NCBI RefSeq assembly: GCF_963921235.1
Contig: NC_086097.1
Coordinates: 84,322,001 to 84,386,000, forward strand
Length of the DNA stretch: 64,000 nt
Reading direction: 5' to 3'
DNA from: Mobula hypostoma
Lineage: Eukaryota
Of the stretch, positions 12,259-24,340 are shown one piece after another; the stretch's first letter is position 1, and each line of letters starts with the position of its first letter. Both the position numbers and the translations under genes were made by a program. The notes beneath the pieces were generated by a model that was given only the letters and a program-made list of their open reading frames with translations, was not told the DNA's origin and searched no databases.

Positions 12259-12781
12259 CGAGGGGTGATTGATAAGTTCGTGTCCTAAGGTAGAAGGAGT
12301 CAATTTTAGAAAATGTAGCACATTTATTTTTCAACATAGTCCTCTCCTACATGTGCACACTTAGTCCAGCGGTCGTGGAGCATACGGATCCCTTCTTTGT
12401 AGAAGTCGGCGTCTTGGACCTCCAAAAGTGGTCCACAGCAGGGGTGATTGATAAGTTTGTGGCCTAATGTAGAAGGAGATGAGTTATTAACTTGAAACTT
12501 TCTGCATAATCACTCAAAGAGTTGAACTGCACATACATGTAACGAGAGCTGTATATCTCATCTCCTTCTACCTTAGGCCACGAACTTATCAATCACCCCG
12601 GCTGTGGACCACTTTTGGAGGTCCAAGATGCCGACTTCTACAAAGAAGAGATTCATATGCTCCACGACTGCTGGACTAAGTGTGTAAATGTAGGAGGGGA
12701 CTATGTTGAAAAATAAATGTGCTAGGTTTTCTAAAATTGACTCCTTCTACCCTAGGCCACAAACCTATCAATCACCCCTCG
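12259..12781. mobile_element. Mariner-derived fold-back MITE
   Basis: TA|CGAGGGGTGATTGATAAG...CCTATCAATCACCCCTCG|TA with ~225-bp inverted arms. Each arm encodes a mariner transposase C-terminus (DFYKEGIRMLHDRWTKC..VG.DYVEK*). Extra internal TIR copies at ~12440 and ~12599. Confidence 0.9.
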
Positions 12782-13096
12782 TAAATTCAGTATTTGTTTC
12801 ACTACTTACATACTTAATTACAACATTGAAGGCATCCATTTCAGTCCTTTAAGTCCATGACAGCTCACAGAGCAATCCCATTCTTCCACTATTTTTCCCT
12901 ATTCTCCAATGTTTCACAAAACAAAGAACAAGGGTCTCGGCCCTAAATGTTGACTGTTTACTCTTTTCGATAGATGCTGCCTGGCCTGTTGAGTTCCGCT
13001 AGCATTTTGTGTGTGTTGAAAGAACAGATGGGCCATTTGGCCCATTATGTTGTGCAAGTCTTGATGCTGGTTCATACGTCAAGTCATCAACAGCAT

Positions 13097-13385
13097 TGGT
13101 GGCGTAATGGTATTATAGTACCAGTGACCCCGGTTCAATTCTGCCACTGTCTGTAAGGAGTTTGTATGTTCTCCCTGTGATTGCACGAGTTTCTCAACCG
13201 GTTTCCTCCCACATTCCAAAGATAGATGGGTTACGTTTAGTAAGTGGTGGTCGTACTACACTGGCGCTGGACATATGGCCAAACTTGCAGGCTGTCCCCA
13301 GCATATCTTTGGACTGTGTTGGTTGCTGACACGACACAGTTCACTATACATTTTGGTGTTTTGATGTGAGAAATAAATCTAATCA
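13097..13385 (+). mobile_element. tRNA-derived SINE
   Basis: GGTGGCGTAATGG A-box-like and GGTTCAATTC B-box-like head. Body ctgtaaggagtttgtatgttctcc is shared with minus copies at ~16420-16670 and ~21500-21770. Confidence 0.7.
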
Positions 13386-13419
13386 ACTAAATGTTCTCCT
13401 TGTTTATTGCACCTTCCCC

Positions 13420-15590
13420 TCCACTCCCTTCGTATTCATGTGTCTATCTAAAAGCCTTTTAAACTCCACCAAACTGCCTGCTTGCACTCCTACCCCTGGT
13501 AACGTATCCCAGGCATTGACCACCGTCTCCATGGAAAAAGAAACTTCCCTTTTATCCTCTGTTGTTTGACATTTCTACCCTGGGGAACAGATTCTGTCTG
13601 TCTACCCTATCTATACTTCATAATTAAAACAAAACCTCTATCAGGTTTCCTCTCGGTCTCTGACACTCTAGGGAGAAGAACCCAAGTTTGCCTAACCTTT
13701 CTTTAATCCAGGCTGCCTTGGGCTTTATCCCCAATCTCCACATCCTTTTTTATAATGAGGCAACCAGAACTGCACTCAATTCTCCAAGCTGCAGCATGGC
13801 TTCCTCATTGAAGTACTCAACACTTCTACTAATGAAGGCAACCATTCTATATGTCTTCCTTACCACCTTATCCACTTTCAGTGAACTATGGACCTGGATC
13901 CTTGGATCCCTCTGTACTTCAATGCTATTAAGGGGCCTACCATTAACTTTTCTCCTTCCATTTGACCTCCCAACGTGCAAGAGCTCCCACTTTCCTGGAT
14001 TAAATGCCATCTCCCACTTCTCTGCCCATATTTATAACTGATTTATATTCCCCTGTGTTCTTTGATAGTCCTTAACACAGTCCACAATTCTACCGATCTT
14101 GGAGCTATTTTCAAACTTGCTAATCCATCAAGCTATGTAGGTATCAGAAGTCCCAGCAATGATCCTTGCAGAACATCACTGGCCACAGACCTTCAGACAG
14201 AATATCAGCCCTACTCCCTGGACTAGGATTTCCAAATACAAACTTGCAGTTTACCCTGAATTATATTCTGAGTCAACCTACCATGAGGGACCTTTCCAAA
14301 TGCCCTACTAAACTCCATGTAGGTAATGTCTATGGCCGTATCCCCATCAAAGTCCTTTTTCACCTCCTCCAAAAACTGAACCAAGTTTGTAGGGCATAAC
14401 CTGCCCAGCACAAAGCGAAGCAGACTGTACCTAAGCAGACTATGCCTTTCCAACTGTGCATAAGTCCTATTCCTCAGTATCCTCCTCATTAGCTTCTCTA
14501 CCACTGACATGATGCTCACTGGCCCATGATTACCTGGTTTAACCCTATCTCCCTTCTTGAACAAAGGCACAACATTTATTACTCTGTTGGGACCTCACTT
14601 CTTGCTAGTGAGGACACAAATATCCTTGCAACACACAGAGAACTTGGCAGGCCAGGCAGCATCTATCAAAAAGACTAAACAGTTGACGTTTTGGGCTGAG
14701 ACCCTTCATCAGTTCCTCCGGCATTTTGTGTGTGTTGCTCAGATTTCCAGCATCTGCTGATTTTCTCATTTGTGACAAAAATATCCTCATCAGAGCTCCT
14801 TCAGTCTCTTCACTTGCTTCTTTCAGTATTGTGGGATATATGCCATCATGCCATGTGGATTCTTCCATCTTAATGCTTTTCAGAAGACTCAAAACTATCT
14901 CCTCTTCAATCTCAAATGAACATTAGCATGCCCCGTGCTATTTTCGCTATCCTCCAATTTCTTCTCCTCGGTAAATACCTTCACATTGTACTCATTTATT
15001 ACCTCACCCACTTGCTTTGACTCTAAGCATAAATCCCCTCTTTTATCCTTGAGCGGACCTACTCTGTATAAATTACCTTGGGATTCTCCTTGATACTGCT
15101 GGCCAGGGGCATTTCATGGCCCATTTTGGCCTTCCTAATCGCCCATTTGAACACTTCCCTACTATATGTTCTTCAATGACATAGTCTTTTTAGCATTCTA
15201 AACCCATGCCTGCTTTCTATTGTTTTCTGACTAAATTTAGGACCTCTCGGGTCATCCAAGGTTCCCTTTCCTTACCCATCCTTGTCCTTACTTCTTACCA
15301 GAACATGCCGATCCTGAGCTCTGCTCAGCTGGTCTTTAAACTACTGCCACTGCTCAGACATAGACTTGCCTGGTAGCAGCTGTTCCTAACCAATGCTCCT
15401 TATTCTGTCATAATTTGCCCTCCCCCAATTTAATAATTTCCCACAAAATCCAAATTTATCCTTACTCCTCTCTTAAAACATAATAAGTTGTGGTCACTAT
15501 TCCCAGAATGCTCACCAACTCTCCAGTCTATCACCTGGCCTGGCTAATTTCCCAAAACTAGGTCCGGCATCTTCCTTCTTCTTGTTGGAA
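13420..15590 (-). mobile_element. Decayed CR1 LINE ORF2 with internal deletions
   Basis: ORF fragments PLFKKGDRVKPGNHGPVSIMSVVEKLM, TNLVQFLEEV..DITYMEFSRAFGKVPHGRL, MAFNPGKWELLHVGR and DGIYPTILKE. Confidence 0.85.
14627..14773 (+). mobile_element. Short PLE insertion with inverted 5' segment, inside CR1
   Basis: A minus-oriented repeat (14627-14712) abuts a plus-oriented 3' end with tail. Flanked by GACACAAATATCCT (14613-14626) and GACAAAAATATCCT (14774-14787). Confidence 0.75.
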
Positions 15591-17484
15591 GTTTCCATAC
15601 ATTTCTCCCTTCCTCTCCCAGATTATGGCACTCCCGTGCACACCTAACTTCTCAATCCATATGCTGTTGTGTTGTAGAAGGGTGAAAGTGCAGACCCCAC
15701 AAAGACACACTGGAGGACAGGATGGAACCTGGCTTGCTGAAGATGTGAGGCATTGGCTCTAACACTTTGCCACTCTTTTCCATTGTGTCAGGAGGATCAA
15801 TGACTTCAGGTTTGCCCTTCCACTGGTGGCTGAGTTGGGATCCAGACTGATGTGGTATAACTCTACACAGGAGAGGGAGCTTCCGAGCTCACTCTCAGAT
15901 CACTGTTGGATTGTCTTGTGATGAGTGGTTAAAAAAAGCAGATACAAATTCTGTGAAGTTCAGAAGAATGGGGAGTGAACTTCTTAAAAATGTCCCTTCT
16001 TAGGGAACATGGCAGGGTAGATGTAGACATACGTTCACTTGTTAGAACATAAGGGAGAAGTCATGAAAAACTGAATTTTTTCACAGAGAAGGTGGTGAAT
16101 TTCTGAAGTTTTTTATCTGAAGGGTTGAGGGGGCTGGATCACTTGGGAGTTTTTAAAGAGGAGGTAGATAATTTTTTCAAAGATCAGGGAATTTTAAAGT
16201 GGATAGCAGGTTAGCCGCCATCATATTGAATGACAGGGCAGCCATGAGCAATTCTGCTCCTCTTCCTATTAAGCTTTTAGCTAGCCTCAGGACAATGTTG
16301 GCAGTGGACAGGTGATAATTGATCCTGATGTCTCAAGCTAAAAAGGAAAAGGAACATGGCTACATCTCAGAAACTTGTTTCGTTGGGACAACTTGCCCCA
16401 AGAGCACCACATATTTGTGTATTGAATTTATTGGCATACAGTGCAGAAAAGGCCCTTCCAGCCCTACAGGCTACACCCGCCCAGCAATCCACTGATTTAA
16501 CCCTAGCCTAATCACGGGATAATTTACAATGACAAGTTAACCTACCCGCCGGGACATCTTTAGACTGAGGGAGGAAACCCACACAGTCATGGGGAGAATG
16601 TACAAACTCCTTACAGGCAGTGGTGGGACTGTAATGCGTTGTGTTAACCACAACGCTACCATGCTGTCAAAGCCAAACTTTAATATATTGTTCACCAGAT
16701 ATGTAGTAAGCTAGCCCCCAAATTCTGAGCTACAGTGTTACCAGTGATAAACTGCAGGAATTCTGCTTGAAAATCCAACAGTCAAATGAAGGATTCTCTC
16801 TTGACGTGGGGACTTTTACAAAACACAGAGATGCAGTGATCAATTATGCATCTGCCTTTACTAACGAGTGAAATTTTATAAACATAGGTTGACAGCGACC
16901 AGTGTAGGAGGAGCTGGTATCTAATCTCAGCTCTCTGCTCCCAGAAGAAGGAAGGATGTGTTCAGTGCACTATTCTTCATCACAGGTTGTATAGACACAC
17001 GATCAAACACTCAACTCTTTTGGAAGAAAGGGGCACAGATTGAAGAAAAGTCTGATCCATGCCGTCAGGCTCTCGTCTGAATTAATAGTAGTTCAGGGTC
17101 AGAAAGCAGGAAAGACGAGGGTGACAGACTCCATGCTGTTCTGAATTAAAACACCAGGTTCACAGCCTGTGGGCTGAACTGGTCTCTAAACAATAAGAAA
17201 GGAATGGAGACAAGCTTGAGAAGGTCCTCATACTCTTGTTCAGACTAGAATGTTTAACGTCTCCAGAACTTCACCTATTTGTGATACTGTTTTCTGGTTG
17301 TTTTACACACACACAATGCTGGAGGAATTCAGAAAGTCAGGCGGTATCTGCGGAAATGAATATATAGTTGATGTTTAGGGCCAAGATCTTTCATCAGGGT
17401 GGAAAGGAAGGGGGAAGAAACCAAAAGAAGTTCCCCTCAGGTTCCTTTTAAATATTTCCCCTCTAATCTTAAATCTATGTTGCA

Positions 17485-20400
17485 GCCTCAGCAACCAGCT
17501 GTCTGACATTGCGCCTGGCTCTGTGGCTCAGAAAGGAAGCGGGGGGGAGACGACGAGTGCTGTTGGTGATCAGGGATTCCATAAGTTAGAGGAGCAGAAG
17601 ATGGTACGTTGCCTCCCAGGTGCCAGGGTCAGGGATGTCTCAAATCAGTCCACAGCATTCTAAAGGGAGGGGATGAACAACTGGAAATCAGGGTACAGAT
17701 TGGTACCAATGACATAGGTAGAAAAAGGGAGGAGGTCCTGAAAATTCAATCTGTGGAGTAAGGCAGAAAGCTGAAAAGCATGACCTCCAGTGTAGTAATC
17801 TCTGGATTGCTGCCTGTGCCACGTGCCAGTGACAGTAAGAATAGGATGATTTGGCAGATAAATTTGTGGCTGAAGGATTGGTGCAGGGAGCAGGGTTTCA
17901 AATTTCTGGATCATTGGGACCTCTTTTGGGGAAGGTATGTCGTGTACAAAAAGGAGAGGTTACACTTGAACCTGAGGGGTACCAAAATCTTTGTGAGCAG
18001 TTTTGCCAGAGCTGTGGGGGAGAGTTTAAACTAATTTGGGAACTGGAGTGATGGGGCTGAGGATGGGGCAGTTGGTATACAACCAGATTCAGTGTGTAGT
18101 GAGACTGTGAGGAAGGACAGGCAGTTAGGGCAAAGTTGCAGACAGTGGTATGAATTAAAGTGTAACAGGGGGCCAAAATCAAAAAGAGTGGTGAATAAAG
18201 GACTGAAGTTGTTATGATTGAATGCACACAGTATACAGAATAAGGGAGATGATCTTGTAGTGCAGTTAGAGATTGGCAGGTATAGTGTTGTAGGAATCTC
18301 TGAGTCATGGCTGAAAGCATATAGTTAGGCACTTAACATCCAAGGATACATTCTATCGGAAGGACAGGCAGGGCAGAGGAGGTCGGTAAAAAATGAAATC
18401 AAATCCTTATAAAGAGATGACAGAGGATTGGAAGATGTAGAATCCTTGTGGGTAGAGTTGAGAAACTGCAAGGGTAAAGAGACCCTGATAGGAATTATAT
18501 ACAAGCCTCCAACCAGTAGTCAGAATGTGGGCTGCAGTTGCAATGAGATAGAAAAGACATGTAAAAAGGACAACGTTGTGATAATCATGGGGGATTTTGA
18601 TATTAGATTGGGAAATTAAGGTTGGTGCTAGATCCCAAGAGAGAGAATTTGAAAAATGCCTACAGATTGCTTTCTAGAGCAGCTTGGGGTTGAGCCCACT
18701 AGATGAACAACATTTCTGGATTGGGTATTATGTAATGACCAGGTTTGATTAGAGAGCTTAAGGTAAAGGAACCCTTAGGAGACAGTGATCTTAGTATGTA
18801 AAATTCACCCTGCAATTTGAGAAGGAGAAGCTAAAATCAGATGTCTCAGTATTACAGTGGTGTAAAAGGAATTACTGGGACATGAGAGAGAAGCTGGCCA
18901 AATTTGATTGGAAGGGGACACTATCAGGGATGACAGCAGAACAGCAATGGCTGATGTTTCTCGGGGAAATTTGGAAAGTGCAGGAAAGATAAATCCCAAA
19001 GATGAAGAAGTACTCTACAGGGAGGATGAGGCAACCATGGCTGACAAGGGAAGTCAAAGGAAGCAGGAAAGCAAAAGAGAAGGCATACAATACAGCAAAT
19101 ATTAGTGAGAAGGTGGAGGACTGCAAAGCTTTATTAAACAACAGAGGGCAACTAAGAAATGCTATAAAGAGAGAAAAAATGAAACATGAAGGTAAGCAAG
19201 ACAATAATGTAAAAGAAGATACAAAAAGTTTTTTCATATATATGAGTAAAAGAGAGATGAGAGTATACTGGTCAGCTGGAAAATGATACTGGAGAGGTAG
19301 TAATGGGGGACAAAGAAATGGTGGTCAAATTGAAAAAGTATTTTGCATCAGTCTTTACTGTGGAAGATACAAGCAGAATGCCATAAATGTTACGAAGGAG
19401 AAGGTGCTTGGGAGGTTGAAAATTCTGAAGGTAGATATGTCACCTGGACCAGATGGACCACACTGCAGCGTTGTGAAAGAGGTAGTTGCAGAGATTGTGG
19501 AGGCATTAGTAATGATCTTTCAAGAATCACTAGATTCCGGAATGGTTTTGGAGGACTGAAAGGTTGAAAGTGTCACTCCACTCTTAAAGAAGGGAAATTA
19601 TAGGTCAGTTAGCCTGAATTCAGTGGTTGGAAAGATGTTGGAGTCCATTATTAAGATTGAGGTTTTGGGGTTACTTGGAGATACCTGATAAAAATGGACA
19701 AAGTCAACATGGTTTTCTCAAGAGGAAGTCTAGCCTGACAAATCTGTTAGAATTCTTTGAAGTAATAACAGGCAGGGTAGACAAAAGAGAGTTAAAAGAT
19801 TTTCGGAAGACCTTTGACAAGGTGCCACACATGAGACATGAGGCTGCTTAACAAGATAAGAGCCCATCGTATTACAGTAAAGATACTAGCATAGATGAAG
19901 CAGTGGCTGATTGGCAGGAGGCAAAGAGTGGGAATAAAGAGGGCTTTTTCTGATTGGTTGCCAGTGATTAGTGATGTTCCACAGGGGGACAGTGTTGGGA
20001 CCGATTCTTTTCACGTTATATGTAATAATTTGGATGAATCATAGAATCATAGAAATCTGCAGCACATTTCAGGCCCTTTGGCCCACAATGTTGTGCCAAC
20101 CATGTAACCTACTCTGGAAGCTGCCTAGAATTACCCTACTGCATAGCCCTCTATTTTTCTAAGCTCCATGTACCTACCTAAGAATCTCTTAAAAGATCCT
20201 GTTGTATCTGCCTCTACCACTGTCGCTGGCAGTGTATTCCACACACCCACCAGGAAGGAATTAATAGCTTTGTGGCCAAGTTTGCAGACAATAGATAGGT
20301 GGAGTGACAGGTAGTGTTGAGGAAGCAGGGAGTCTGTAGACAAATTGGGGGAATTGGCAAAGAAGTGGACCAGATGGAATATAGTGTAGGAAAGTGTGTA

Positions 20401-21185
20401 GTCATGCATTTCGGCAGAAGGAAGAAAGGCATGGATTATTTTCTAAATGGGGAGAAAATTCAAAAATCGGAGGTGCAAAGAGACTTGGGAGTCCTTGCGC
20501 AAGATTCCCTGAAGGTTAATTGAAGTGGTAAGGAAGGCAAGTGCAATGTTAACATTCACTTTGAGAGAACTAGAATGCAAAAGCAAGGATGTAATGCTGA
20601 GGCTTTATAAGGCCTTGGTCAGAACACACTTGGGGTACTGTGAGCAGTTTTGGGTCTCTTACCTGAGAAAAGAAGTACTGGCATTGGAGAGGGTCCAGAG
20701 GATGTTCACGAGAATGATCACAGGAATGAAAGGGTTTACGTATGAGGAGCATTTAATGGCTCTGGGCCTATACTTTTGGGAGTTTAGAAGAATGAGGGGG
20801 GTGCTCTTATTGAAACTGATGAAATATTGAAAACCTAGATAGAGTGGATGTGATGAGGATGAAGATGTTTCCTATTGTGGGGGAGTCTAGGACCAGAGAG
20901 CAAGGGCTTAGACTTGAGGGGTGTCCACTTAGAATAGAGATGAAGAAAACTTTGTTAGCCAGAGAGTGGTGAATCTGTGGAATTCATCGCCACAGATGGC
21001 TGTGCAGGCCAGTTCATTGGTTATATTTAAGGTGGAGATTGATGGGTTCTTGATTAATCAGAGTGTTAAAGGTTACATGGAGAAGGCAAGAGAATGGGGT
21101 TGAATAGGATAATAAATCAGTCATAATGGAATGGTGGAGCAGACTTGATGGGCTGAATGGCCTAATTCTGCTCCTATGCCTTATA
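17485..21185 (+). mobile_element. Long, 5'-truncated, inactivated CR1 LINE (ORF1 esterase, APE, RT, 3' UTR)
   Basis: ORF1 SGNH-like VVISGLLPVPRAS..NLWLKDWCREQGFKFLDHWDLFWGR..LHLN. APE ESLWVELRN.KGKETLIGIIYKPP..IIMGDF. RT SQHGFLK.KS.LTNLLEFFE..DFRKTFDKVPH. C-terminal LYKALVR.HL.YC.QFW..LERVQR. Many frameshifts and stops. Confidence 0.92.
20039..20253 (-). mobile_element. CR1 3' fragment nested in the long CR1
   Basis: (CATAGAAT) tail and VGVWNTLPATVVEADT..FKRFLGRYM on the minus strand. It interrupts the host at ..ggatgaa|gaaggaatt... Confidence 0.8.
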
Positions 21186-23007
21186 TCCTTTGCTTCTAAT
21201 CTCCCCTACCTTTGGAGAAGGATTACGACCACCCACCCTAACTATGTTTCTCATGTGTTTTACACTTATACAATGTCACTCTCCAGCCTCTGACACTCCG
21301 GGAGAAAATGTCCCAGTTTATCCAGCCTCTCCTTATAACCTAACCATCTGCAGAATTTTGCATTTATGACTTTTTGGTTGTTGTTGTTTCATGTTCAGTT
21401 TCACCGGACAAAGCTCTAGTGAACAGGGGATGTTACCTGGGACGGATGGGCTTTGGTTATGAGGGGAGACAGGTCAGGCTCCCCAGATTGATTGGTTTGT
21501 TTATTGAGATTCAGCGCGGAATCGGTTTTTCCAACCCTGGGAGCCGCACCCGCCAGCAATCCCCTGAAGTAATCATGGGACAGTTTACAATGACCCATTA
21601 GCCTACTAAACAGTACACTTTTGGACTGTGGGAAGAAATTGAACCATCTGGAGGAAGCCCACACAGTCACAGTGAGAACGTACAAACTCCTAACAGGCAA
21701 TAGCAGGGATTGAACTGGTGTCACTTATATCTTAAAGCGCTGTGCTAACCACTACACCACCGTGCTGCTGCAAGGATTTGAGGTAACTTATAGCAGCTAA
21801 TTAGACTAACTACTCTCATGTGGGAGGAAACACAGAGAGAACATTTAAACTCCACAGGGACAGCAGCCAGGGTCAGGATTGACCCTGGGCTGCTGGAGCT
21901 ATGAGGCGTCGCTGTGCTGCTGTTCAGAATCAGCAAGGTAGTGCGCTGCCTAGGGCTCATCACCTGGTTTCTTGGAGGAAAGTTCTGCCCAGGGGCTCAG
22001 GCAAGTCAGCCTGAAGCCTTGCCAGTCAGCAGAAGATTCAGGCCATGGACAGTGTGATTCTTCACTAATTCCCTGTGACGGCAGCCGAGGCCATGTGCGC
22101 AAACCCCATCTTGGAGCCTGCAGCCAGAGATTTGCAAATGGCTTATGGTCTATATCGATGGGAATTTTGGCTTAATCACAAAGTGCTGCTTCATTGCCTA
22201 AGAATACTCATCTCATTAACGGTCATTTTAACATAAACCACTCCGTTTACTGTATGAGAGGGAAATGTAAATCTGCATAAATGCCTGGCATTCCAATTAA
22301 TTTACAGAACAGGCTGTGATTAAATACCTGAAGAAATTGGAATTAGCAATATAAACCTTTAAATCTGCAGCCCATTATTTACCAGCCCACTTGTCAACTA
22401 AGAGATTAGCAGACACGACTGAATTATGTGGTTTGAGCACTGTTTATACAGGTGTGTTGCATTTCCCGCTATTCCATCCTCAATTACATACTGCAAATAA
22501 TCCTCTTCTTCTGGTTTTGACATCGGCTGCATGCTTTTTTTTTGTACTTTATACTAATTATCTTCTCTCCTGGGAATGTAATGCAGAAAAATCATATCAT
22601 CCACCAGGCAACTCCAGGAATGTACCTCGGTGGTGCCCGTTGGGGTGTAAATTGGCATAGTGAGTTTTGGGGAGATTATCCAGTCCCAGAAGCCCAGCAG
22701 TGTCCCCGTCTATGGCCAATGCTCATCATGCACACAACGATCAGAGCAGCTGGTTGTCGGGGTCCATGAGGTGGTTTCGGGGGAGAGATGGTATTTATTC
22801 ACCTGGCCATAAATAAAAATGGAAAACGCTGGAGGAAGTCAGCAGGTTGTGCGACATCTGGAAAGGCAGGGTAAAACAACAAATTACTTGTGCTTCTTTC
22901 AATTTAGCGCACTGCATTCAGTGTTCACAATGCAGTCACCATATTGAAAAAAATGCAGATTTTCCCCCCAAAATAGACTTTATTCAGGATAAAAGTTATA
23001 TATTTAT

Positions 23008-23032
23008 ACACACACACACACACACACACACA
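23008..23032. repeat. (CA)n microsatellite
   Basis: Direct reading. Confidence 0.95.
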
Positions 23033-23129
23033 AAGGAAGAAAATGAAAAAAAAACTTTACATTTGTGGTTATTACATTCAACAGTGTAAACTTTAAAGAG
23101 GAAGAGACAGCCTTTGCAGAGAGATCCTG

Positions 23130-23310
23130 AGCTTTTTGCTGCGCATCACTTTAATTCCTCATCCTACTCCCACCCTGATCTCTGTGTCTCTGGCCTTCGG
23201 TGCTGTTACAATGAGGCCCAATGCTAGCTTGAGGAGCAGCACATCACCTTCTCTCTGGTCACCTTGCTCCTTGTACGTCGCAATATCAAGTTCTCCACAT
23301 TTTTGAAAGC
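23130..23310 (+). mobile_element. Old PLE GIY-YIG C-terminal remnant
   Basis: cactttaattc..ctactcccaccctgatctctgtgtctctggcctt..aatgaggcccaatgctagcttgaggagcagcacatcaccttc translates as HFNS..SH.DL.V.GL..NEAQ..LEEQHI.F. Confidence 0.6.
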
Positions 23311-23777
23311 TCGATCTTTCTTTCTTTTTGTATCAGACTGGCCATTTCTGCCTGCCGTTCTTCTCTTTCTTTTCCCCTTTCCTGGCGTGCTGTCTTTGCA
23401 AAATTAGCAGTGCTCTGGTATGAAGACAAAAGATGTTATAGATGATTGAATCCCATTACGCAGATGCTTGGATGGATTAAAAAAAAATGCCATCATTTAA
23501 AGGGAAACAGGTTGCTCCTATCATGCCCTGACTGGATTCCTTAAATTGTATGGTATGGACTTCATCATATTCCTGTTTGTGGAGCAAACTTACAGCCAGG
23601 TTTCTAACATTACAATGGTTGCTCATTCAAAGATACTAGATTTAAATTACTTCAAAGCACTTTCAAGTTTAGAAAGCTGTCCTTTCAAGGAATGCAAGCT
23701 TATTTTCTATGTTGTAGTCACTGCCTCTTTAAAATACCAAACTGCTTCAAAGATATTATCAACCTGCTTTCAATTGC

Positions 23778-23780
<3 letters not shown>

Positions 23781-23826
<46 letters not shown>
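23781..23826. repeat. (TG)23 microsatellite
   Basis: Direct reading. Confidence 0.95.
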
Positions 23827-23828
<2 letters not shown>

Positions 23829-24049
23829 CTGTGAATTGCGTGTATCTGTAAAACAAGGTCTTATGCAGTCTATTGATAACAGTACCATAGAATTAAGCTA
23901 TCCCTGTTTGCCCAGGATAAAAGCTGTTGCAATACTGTTACCTTCCCAAACTTACCACATTTATGACATTAATTGAATTGTGAACATTAATTTTGCTAGA
24001 ACCATGGGCATGAAAACTTGAAGTGGTTAGAGAATGCTTCACTGAGGAG

Positions 24050-24340
24050 TTCAACAGGAGGCAGGGAGAAAAATAAAGGCAAAGAAAAGAAAGAGTAGAG
24101 ACGAGGAAGGGGGAGAGAAAGTGTGTAGTGAGGAGGGGAGGGAGGGAAAATAAGGGTGGAGTCAGGAAGGGAGAATGAAGGTGAGAGAGGGAGAAAGATA
24201 GAGCGATGTAAGGAAGACGTTTGAGAGGGACAGATGGTGAGAGAAATATTAGGAGAGAGGAGGGAAGGGCTAAATGATGTGAAGAGGTGGAGAGAAAAGT
24301 GAGGGCGAGATGGGAATGGAGATTTGGATGTGGAGGTAGG
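24050..24340 (+). repeat. Purine-rich (GA) low-complexity tract
   Basis: About 290 bp of mostly G/A on the + strand, with no exact period. Confidence 0.7.
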
